Positions 20,434 to 27,230 of a stretch of 64,000 nt of DNA are shown here, one piece after another. The notes under the pieces were generated by a model. The model worked only from the letters and a program-made list of their open reading frames with translations, was not told the DNA's origin and made no database searches. A program made the position numbers and the translations under genes. The stretch's first letter is position 1; every line of letters begins with the position of its first letter. Source of the stretch: Candidatus Latescibacterota bacterium (GTDB lineage Bacteria; Latescibacterota; UBA2968; UBA8231); the NCBI GenBank assembly GCA_965203175.1, contig OZ241867.1, forward strand, positions 64,001-128,000, given 5' to 3'.

Positions 20434-20451
20434 ATCAATCTCCTTTCGCGC

Positions 20452-21528
20452 TCAGCGATGCAGACGACCGTTTTCAAGCAAACAGTCTAATACTTCTTGC
20501 GCCACAGTGCGAGCTACTTCTTGGTAAAACCCTTCGAGCATGGAATTGTCGTCCATCTCAAAGGCCGTATTGACGCCGTGCCACTTTTTCAACACCTCTT
20601 TGTTCTCAGGCATATCCTTCATTACCAACAGCGCGGTGGTGCCTAGCTTGAATTGTTGTTGGTCGCGATCCTTGCCACATGAGTACGAGTCTGCCACGTA
20701 ATCCAAAATATAGCGGGCGTCCTTAGCAGATGCGAGATCCGTGGTCCAATGAACGCGTCTGAACTGTTTGAGTTTGTCCAGGAGGGACGCTCGAATGGAC
20801 TCATGCAGTGCAAGGAGCTTTTCCTTCTGTATATCCTCCTGACGCGAAGCGGTCTTAAATATCTTAGAAAAGGTACTATCATCTATAAAAATTTGAGTGC
20901 GGACCTTCATACTACGGGTGCGGCCTGGCTTGATAACTGTACTGGCCTGTAAGGCATTACTGTTGCTCGTCCTCACCAACACCTTAAAGGTTCCAGTCGG
21001 AGCTTCTACCACACCTTCCTCCTCGATCGGCTCTTCCACCACCGACGACCCCACGAATGAAACCAGCAGAGCCGCTGTATAATCCAACGCTTGAAACTTG
21101 AGCAATTTGCTCTTGCCCGCCGCTTTGGCGATCAGCGGTTCCAGCCCAACATTCTCTTCTTTCTTTAACAGGTCGCCGGCCATATCCACAACCCGCACCA
21201 AATACGCCTTGGCCTCGCGCTCGGAAAAATGCGCTCCGTGCAGCGCAAAAAGCTGTTCGCCAAGTGCCGTGGACTTCTTGCAATGAGTCTTTAGGTCTCG
21301 CAACAGTGAGACCAAAGAATCCCGACTCGCGGCAGCCGACAATCCAGACGCCGTGCTGATATCCGCGACGAACTCGTCCAACGTACCCTTGTCGTCCCGC
21401 TCCATGCGGTCGCGCAACTGTTCCAAGGCCACGAGCACAAAACTCGCCTCTTGCGCAGAAGCGGCAGAGGCACTCGATGCCATGCAGAAAAAGACACAAA
21501 CACCAATGCGGAACCATCTGTTATTCAC
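20452..21528 (-). CDS. Hypothetical secreted protein, family B copy 1
   Basis: Signal peptide; GGAGG RBS before GTG; N-terminal ~190 aa nearly identical to 22953-23996 and 24144-25202. Confidence 0.7.
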   Translation of the reverse strand: MNNRWFRIGVCVFFCMASSASAASAQEASFVLVALEQLRDRMERDDKGTLDEFVADISTASGLSAAASRDSLVSLLRDLKTHCKKSTALGEQLFALHGAHFSEREAKAYLVRVVDMAGDLLKKEENVGLEPLIAKAAGKSKLLKFQALDYTAALLVSFVGSSVVEEPIEEEGVVEAPTGTFKVLVRTSNSNALQASTVIKPGRTRSMKVRTQIFIDDSTFSKIFKTASRQEDIQKEKLLALHESIRASLLDKLKQFRRVHWTTDLASAKDARYILDYVADSYSCGKDRDQQQFKLGTTALLVMKDMPENKEVLKKWHGVNTAFEMDDNSMLEGFYQEVARTVAQEVLDCLLENGRLHR

Positions 21529-21563
21529 GCGTCTGCCTCCTTGCTAAGTACACGACAGGGGCT

Positions 21564-21611
21564 CTACAGATAATGCCGGGGGACGCCGTTCACATTATCG
21601 CGGATTTTCAT
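21564..21611 (-). pseudogene. Remnant of the 5' end of the enolase-family gene (duplication junction)
   Basis: TATCGCGGATTTTCATCGCACTAACC near 21596-21621 matches TATCGCGTATTTTCATCGCATTACC near 19102-19126. It encodes MKIRD, as the dehydratase does, then diverges (NVNGVPRHYL*). Confidence 0.6.
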
Positions 21612-21649
21612 CGCACTAACCTTCCTTTTGCATCGTACAGGAATACTTC

Positions 21650-22912
21650 CTAGCGAACGGGTTCTGCTATTGACGGCTCCTCGCCATTATACGCCCATTG
21701 CAAATATACAGAGATGGCATCCCTCCCCTGTGCCCGCTTCCAGAGATGGGGTGTCAACACGCCCTGCACTTCTTGGTAGCGATCGTAAACCGTGATCCAA
21801 GTCGGCGGATTGACCTTGGGATTGGGATTGGCTTGCCTAAACCATTGCTCTTCTTGGGGCGTCAGCTTCTCTTTGGTCTTGGCCAAGAGCGCCGTGCGAC
21901 AGTCAAAGAGCGCCTCGAAATAGTGCCCGAACTTCCGGTCATCTACCAGCACTACCTCATAACAAGTCCCGTCCCGACTGCGCTCTTGGCCGAGGTAATC
22001 TAAGGCAACGCCCTCGCCCATAAAGCGGTCGATAAAATGCCAACGCACCGCTTCGCCCCGGAGGCGCATGGCGGCCAGATCAGAGGGTAGGTTGCCGCTA
22101 AGCCGCATCCAGCGATGGCCAAACAAATTCTCGAATATTCTCGGCTGTAGCTTGGGATTTTTGCTCACATAAGACGGATTGGGGACCGCCGGGTCGAACG
22201 AAACCTCTACCTTGTATTTTTTTTTGGTAGAGACAGCGTGATTCCCCCATCCTTCGTAGTGCCAAGTCGCCACCGGGTATAGATATGGATTCACTGAAAT
22301 CACCGATAGAGGAAAACCTCCTTGCCAAGAAGGCATTCTTAGCTCCTTTAAGTTGACCTCTATCCACACCATCGCGCTCATTTCTCGTATTGCGAGCAGG
22401 CGCTTCCTACCGCCCATAGTTTCAATCGCCCGCTCTATCACCTCCAAAGCCCGATCGCGGCCTGCGCCCGTATTGGGCAGGGGAAAGCGCACGTAGTCCT
22501 CGCGATAGTCTCCTTCGGCGGCCATGTGCGCCAAGAGCAAGGAGTCGATGTTCACATAGTCAGACCACTCTATCCGCATCCTCTTTGCCAGATGAGCCAC
22601 GTCGTCGCGCGCCTCGGGCGGCAGTTGCTCTGCAACCTCGCCAAAAGGAGCGGATTCGGTGGATTCCTGTGCGAGCTGCGGTAGTGCACTCTTGACAACC
22701 AAGCGCTGCATTTGCCGCTCGCGCAAAGCAGGTTTTGCAGGATCAAATGGCCTCGTTTCTAGTGCGCGTGGCGGCGGACGAAAAACCACCTGGAAGGTCG
22801 GTTGTGGGTCGGGTGTGAGGGGTGGCGTCAACAAGACCACAACCAGATGCAGGAGGGCCGAAAGGAACAGGCAGACAGCCAGTCTCTTGGTTTCGGTCGA
22901 GGACCGTTGCAT
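21650..22912 (-). CDS. Hypothetical membrane-anchored protein, family A copy 2
   Basis: Colinear with 19153-20433, with long identical blocks (YLYPVATWHYEGWGN, RWHFIDRFMGEGVALDYL, VLVDDRKFGHYFEALFDCRTALLA). Confidence 0.7.
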   Translation of the reverse strand: MQRSSTETKRLAVCLFLSALLHLVVVLLTPPLTPDPQPTFQVVFRPPPRALETRPFDPAKPALRERQMQRLVVKSALPQLAQESTESAPFGEVAEQLPPEARDDVAHLAKRMRIEWSDYVNIDSLLLAHMAAEGDYREDYVRFPLPNTGAGRDRALEVIERAIETMGGRKRLLAIREMSAMVWIEVNLKELRMPSWQGGFPLSVISVNPYLYPVATWHYEGWGNHAVSTKKKYKVEVSFDPAVPNPSYVSKNPKLQPRIFENLFGHRWMRLSGNLPSDLAAMRLRGEAVRWHFIDRFMGEGVALDYLGQERSRDGTCYEVVLVDDRKFGHYFEALFDCRTALLAKTKEKLTPQEEQWFRQANPNPKVNPPTWITVYDRYQEVQGVLTPHLWKRAQGRDAISVYLQWAYNGEEPSIAEPVR

Positions 22913-22952
22913 ATCAATCTCTTTTCGTATTCAGCGACAGATATGAACGTTT

Positions 22953-23996
22953 TTAATCAAACAGCGGCGACACTTCTTGTGCCACAGTGCGAGCGGCTTC
23001 TTGATAAAGATCATCGAGAATAGATTCGTCGTCTGGTATGAGGTCCGGTATGAAGTCCTTCTGGATGATGAGTTCTTGCTTCAGCACCGTTTCGTCCTTG
23101 ATCACATCCTTCACTACCAATAGCACGTAGCTCTCTAGCATACGTCGGTCGGTATTGCGGCCATAGGTGCCGACCCAGTACGCGTGTACAATGTAATCCA
23201 AGGTGTAGCGAATGTCCTTGGCCGAGGGACTCGTGGTGACGCGGACGCGGTCGAACCGTTTGATAAGCTCATCCAAGAGGGCTGGTCGCACCGACTCATG
23301 CAGTGCTAGTATTTTTTTTTGCGCCTTCATTTTTGGACGCGCGGAAACCTTAAATACCCTGAAAAAGGTGGCATTGGATGAAGATCCATTCTCAACTAGA
23401 CGATCAACCTGCTCAGACAAGCCCTCACTGTTGCTCGTCTTCACCAACACTTTAAAGGTTCCAGTCGGAGCTTTTACAGTGCCCTCCTCCGCGGATGGTT
23501 CCTCCACCTCCGGCGACCCGACAAACGGAACTAGTAGAGCTTTCGTATAATCCAAGGCTTGAAACTTGAGCAATTTGCTTTTGCCCGCCGCTTTGGCGAT
23601 CAGCGGCTCCAGCCCAACATTCTCTTCTTTTTTTAACAGGTCGCCGACCATATCCACGACCCGCACCAAGTACGCCTTGGCCTCGCGCTCAGAAAAATGC
23701 TCGCCGTGCAGCGCAAAAAGCTGTTCACCAAGTGCCGTGGACTTCTTGCAATGAGTCTTTAGATCCCGCAACAGTGAGACCAAAGAATCCCGACTCGCAG
23801 TAGCGGACAATCCAGACGCCGTGCTGATATCCGCGACGAACTCGTCCAACGTACCCTTGTCGTCCCGCTCCATGCGGTCGCGCAACTGTTCCAAGGCCAC
23901 GAGCACAAAATCCGTTTCTTGCGCAGAAGTGGCAGAGGCACTCGATGCCATGCCGAAAAAGATGCAAACAGCAATGCGATACCATGTGTTACTCAC
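22953..23996 (-). CDS. Hypothetical secreted protein, family B copy 2
   Basis: Constant N-terminal half shared with B1 and B3; divergent C-terminal half. Confidence 0.7.
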   Translation of the reverse strand: MSNTWYRIAVCIFFGMASSASATSAQETDFVLVALEQLRDRMERDDKGTLDEFVADISTASGLSATASRDSLVSLLRDLKTHCKKSTALGEQLFALHGEHFSEREAKAYLVRVVDMVGDLLKKEENVGLEPLIAKAAGKSKLLKFQALDYTKALLVPFVGSPEVEEPSAEEGTVKAPTGTFKVLVKTSNSEGLSEQVDRLVENGSSSNATFFRVFKVSARPKMKAQKKILALHESVRPALLDELIKRFDRVRVTTSPSAKDIRYTLDYIVHAYWVGTYGRNTDRRMLESYVLLVVKDVIKDETVLKQELIIQKDFIPDLIPDDESILDDLYQEAARTVAQEVSPLFD

Positions 23997-24103
23997 GCGT
24001 ATACTCCCTGGTCAAATCTGCCTTGGTAGCGATCATAGATAGTGATCCAAGCTGGCAGCCGATCTTTGGGCGTCATCTTGGTTTCTGTCGCGGACCAGTG
24101 CAT
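23993..24103 (-). pseudogene. Internally deleted third copy of family A (36-codon mini-ORF)
   Basis: Translates MHWSATETK-MTPKD-RLPAWITIYDRYQG-RFDQGVYA*, i.e. the family A N-terminus joined to pieces of the family A C-terminus. It keeps the same upstream RBS (AAAGGAGATTGAT). Confidence 0.75.
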
Positions 24104-24143
24104 ATCAATCTCCTTTCGTACTCAGCGACGCAGGCGGACGTTT

Positions 24144-25202
24144 TCAATCAAACAGCGGCGACACTTCTTGCGCCACAGTGCGAGCTGCTTCTTGGTAAAA
24201 CTCATCGAGAATAGATTCGTCATCCGGTATGAAGTCCGGCATGAAATCCTTTCTGATGATGAGTTCCTGCTCCAGCACCGTCTCGTCCTTGAGCATATCC
24301 TGCACTACCAACTGCACTTGGGAGCCTAACTCCGCTCGTCGGCCAGGGCTATAGAAGCCGACCCTGTACCAGTTCACAATATAATCCAAGGTGTAGCGAA
24401 AGTCCTTGGCTGAAGGATCCGTGGTAAAGCGGACGCGGCTGAACCGTTTGAGCTCGTCCAAAAGCGCCGGTCGAACCGACTCATGTAGGGAAAGAAGCTT
24501 TCTCTTAGCCTTCATTCTTTTTTGCGGGAAGACTTTAAATATCCTAAAAAAGAGGTCCTCATTTGAAAAGATCTCATCATCTGGACCTCCGTATGCCTCA
24601 ACTAGTCCATTAATCTGGTCAGACAAGGCCTCACTGTTGCTCGTCTTCACCAACACTTTAAAGGTTCCAGGCAGGACATTTACCGCGCGCTCCTCTTCGG
24701 CCGACTCTTCCACCACCGGCGACCCCACGAATGGAACCAGCAGCGCCGCTGTATAATCCAAGGCTTGAAACTTGAGCAATTTGCTTTTGCCCGCCGCTTT
24801 GGCGATCAGCAGCTCCAGCCCAACATTCTCTTCTTTCTTTAAAAGGTCGCCAGCCATATCCACGACCCGCACCAGGTACGCCTTGGCCTCGCGCTCAGAA
24901 AAATGCGCTCCGTGCAGCGCAAAGAGCTGTTCACCGAGGGCCGTGGATTTCTTGCAATGCGTCTTTAGATCCCGCAACAGTGAGACCAAAGAATCCCGAC
25001 TCGCGGTAGCAGACAATCCAGACGCCGTACTGACATCCGCGACGAACTCGTCCAACGTACCCTTGTCGTCCTGCTCCATGCGGTCGCGCAACTGTTCCAA
25101 AGCCACGAACACAAAACTCGCCTCTTGTCCAGAAACGGCAGAGGCACTCGATACCATGCCGAAAAAGACGCAAACAACAATGTGATACCACGTGTTACTC
25201 AT
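24144..25202 (-). CDS. Hypothetical secreted protein, family B copy 3
   Basis: GAGGAGG RBS; constant N-terminal half; C-terminal half closer to B2 than to B1. Confidence 0.7.
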   Translation of the reverse strand: MSNTWYHIVVCVFFGMVSSASAVSGQEASFVFVALEQLRDRMEQDDKGTLDEFVADVSTASGLSATASRDSLVSLLRDLKTHCKKSTALGEQLFALHGAHFSEREAKAYLVRVVDMAGDLLKKEENVGLELLIAKAAGKSKLLKFQALDYTAALLVPFVGSPVVEESAEEERAVNVLPGTFKVLVKTSNSEALSDQINGLVEAYGGPDDEIFSNEDLFFRIFKVFPQKRMKAKRKLLSLHESVRPALLDELKRFSRVRFTTDPSAKDFRYTLDYIVNWYRVGFYSPGRRAELGSQVQLVVQDMLKDETVLEQELIIRKDFMPDFIPDDESILDEFYQEAARTVAQEVSPLFD

Positions 25203-25217
25203 CCGTATGCCTCCTCG

Positions 25218-27203
25218 TCAGATCTGCGTCAAAAAGCTACCCATGTGATCGGTGATGTAATCGGCCACCAGCCACGCGCCGGCCGCAACCACTTCTCCGA
25301 GAATCAGCCCCAGAAAGAACGGACGCAGATTCCGGTATAGCCGCGGCCCCCCATACTTGAGAATCACCAGCTTGAGCAGCCAAGCGATGAGCGCACTGGC
25401 AAAAATGTGGCCGGTCTTCCAGTTCGCGCTGATGGCGTAGCCGAGCGGGTTAAGAGGCCACCACAGCAAATGGTGCCGCACCCACATCAGCACGGCCATC
25501 ACCCCGCCACCGATTGACATGAACAGCCAAGCGTCGAGTCGCGGACCAGTCAATTCCGCTGCAATGCGCGGGGCCATGTCCTTGGGGCCGTACGTAGCAG
25601 CTCCCCAGCCAAAAAACAGGCCGTTGAGATTGATGCCGCCGTATTTGTACGCCAACTCCATGGTAACGTACGAAGAGCCGACCAAGCTAACTACAATGGC
25701 GATGACCACCGCCCAGAACAGCCGCCGCTTTCCGCCCTTGATGACCTCGCTCATCTTCAGGCCATTGGCGACCGACGACATTACAAACGAGCGGATCTCC
25801 GAGTGCCAGCCATAGGAAAACCCCAAGGCCACCAAGCCAGAAGCTCCCAAGCTCGAAGCCCCAGCACCGGAAATCACAAAAGTCGAGGTCATAATGGGAG
25901 GGCGCATGGCCGGAATGCCCCCTTCGGCTACCACCCTCGTCAGGCCCAAAAACAGCACCATGGCCCCAAAGATAAACATCGCCACGCCCAACGGCGGTAG
26001 CCCGGCCATCCACAGCCCCAATCCCACCAAGCCGAGCGACCCTAGCAAGCCGAAAGTAGCCTGCCGGTACGACATAATTTCGTCGGTATCGTCCACGGCT
26101 GGATCGTCGTGCCACGCTTTACGCCACACGGCCTGCAAGTGCCCGCGCGACACCCACAGACCGATCAGCACGAAGACGATCATCGCCCCCATGCCTTGGT
26201 GGGCTAGGTACGGCTCCCGCGAGTACAGATCCATCCGCTCCGTGCTTTGCAGGCCGAGGACGTTGAAGACGCCCCGTTGCACCGTGGTCAGGATGTAGAA
26301 TACCCAGATGGACGCGGAAATATCCAAATTGACGAAGTAAAAGAAGCCGATCCAAGGCGGGCTAAACCACAGGTCCAAGCGCACAGTATCGCGGAACAGA
26401 GGGAGCGACGCGGTCCGCGTAATCCCAGGCACCTCCGGGAAATAAGCGTGTAATCCATTGACGCTGAGCAAGACAAATGCGAACGCAAACCCCAGCCACA
26501 TCGCCTTATTGGTAAAAAACGCCCGCCCAATAGCCCGCCCTTGCTCGCGCTGAATCATCTCCATCGGCACCTGCACCAACGGATACGCCAGCTTCTCCCG
26601 ATCTACCCATTGCTTGCGCAAGATGACCATCGTGCAAATCATCGCTGCGCTGAGCGCCAAGAAGAAGCCGTACCAATAGGTCAGCGGCAGCACCCACGCT
26701 GCCCAGGGAATGGCGGCCCCCTCGGGTAGCCCCTCAAAGAAGTAGCGCGCCACGTTTTCGCCGCGCGGGATCATCCACGTGGGGATGTACTGGTTGTATA
26801 AAAAGTCCCAGTTATTCTCCGGCGTCGCGTAGTACGTGGAGCCGACCAGACAGGGAATGATAAATTGGGTAAACCCCATCCCGGGAATGCAGCAGGCGAC
26901 TACCAACATGATGTAGATGGTAATCAGCTCGGATTGGGTCAGGGCCAAAGAACGGCGCAAGCAGTACACGAGGCCGCTGGCAGGCACTAAAAAAAAGAAG
27001 AAGAATAGAGCGGCTGGCGTGCTAAAATTTAAAGTCAGGTACGAGCCGCGAATGATGGTCGTCGCGTACGCGTCTAAACCATTGAGGAGCAAGGCGAGCA
27101 CTGCGCCGATCAGGATGCCCCGCGCGGGGATGCCGGCGGTATCCTGCTGCCCTTCCTCCTCGTTCACCCATTTGAGGTATGCTGGAGGAATCTGTTTTTT
27201 CAA
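25218..27203 (-). CDS. DUF6785/DUF6784-type polytopic membrane protein (putative transporter); start uncertain
   Basis: Many TM segments; motifs 'ELITIYIM', 'YYATPENNW', 'LRKQWVDREKLAYPL', 'WWPLNPLGY', 'YGGPRLYR..RPFFLGLILG'. Paralog of 51720-53660. Confidence 0.75.
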   Translation of the reverse strand: MKKQIPPAYLKWVNEEEGQQDTAGIPARGILIGAVLALLLNGLDAYATTIIRGSYLTLNFSTPAALFFFFFLVPASGLVYCLRRSLALTQSELITIYIMLVVACCIPGMGFTQFIIPCLVGSTYYATPENNWDFLYNQYIPTWMIPRGENVARYFFEGLPEGAAIPWAAWVLPLTYWYGFFLALSAAMICTMVILRKQWVDREKLAYPLVQVPMEMIQREQGRAIGRAFFTNKAMWLGFAFAFVLLSVNGLHAYFPEVPGITRTASLPLFRDTVRLDLWFSPPWIGFFYFVNLDISASIWVFYILTTVQRGVFNVLGLQSTERMDLYSREPYLAHQGMGAMIVFVLIGLWVSRGHLQAVWRKAWHDDPAVDDTDEIMSYRQATFGLLGSLGLVGLGLWMAGLPPLGVAMFIFGAMVLFLGLTRVVAEGGIPAMRPPIMTSTFVISGAGASSLGASGLVALGFSYGWHSEIRSFVMSSVANGLKMSEVIKGGKRRLFWAVVIAIVVSLVGSSYVTMELAYKYGGINLNGLFFGWGAATYGPKDMAPRIAAELTGPRLDAWLFMSIGGGVMAVLMWVRHHLLWWPLNPLGYAISANWKTGHIFASALIAWLLKLVILKYGGPRLYRNLRPFFLGLILGEVVAAGAWLVADYITDHMGSFLTQI

Positions 27204-27230
27204 TTCCTTTAACCTCGGCCATGGTTCAAA

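Noticed and set aside
19153-25202. Diversity-generating retroelement or shufflon behind the A/B variation
   Set aside because: No reverse transcriptase or recombinase is present, all copies are co-oriented, and differences include indels and all base types rather than adenine-specific changes.
19153-25202. Polymorphic toxin-immunity array
   Set aside because: No recognisable toxin motif; the partner gene is large, membrane-anchored and conserved rather than a small variable immunity gene.
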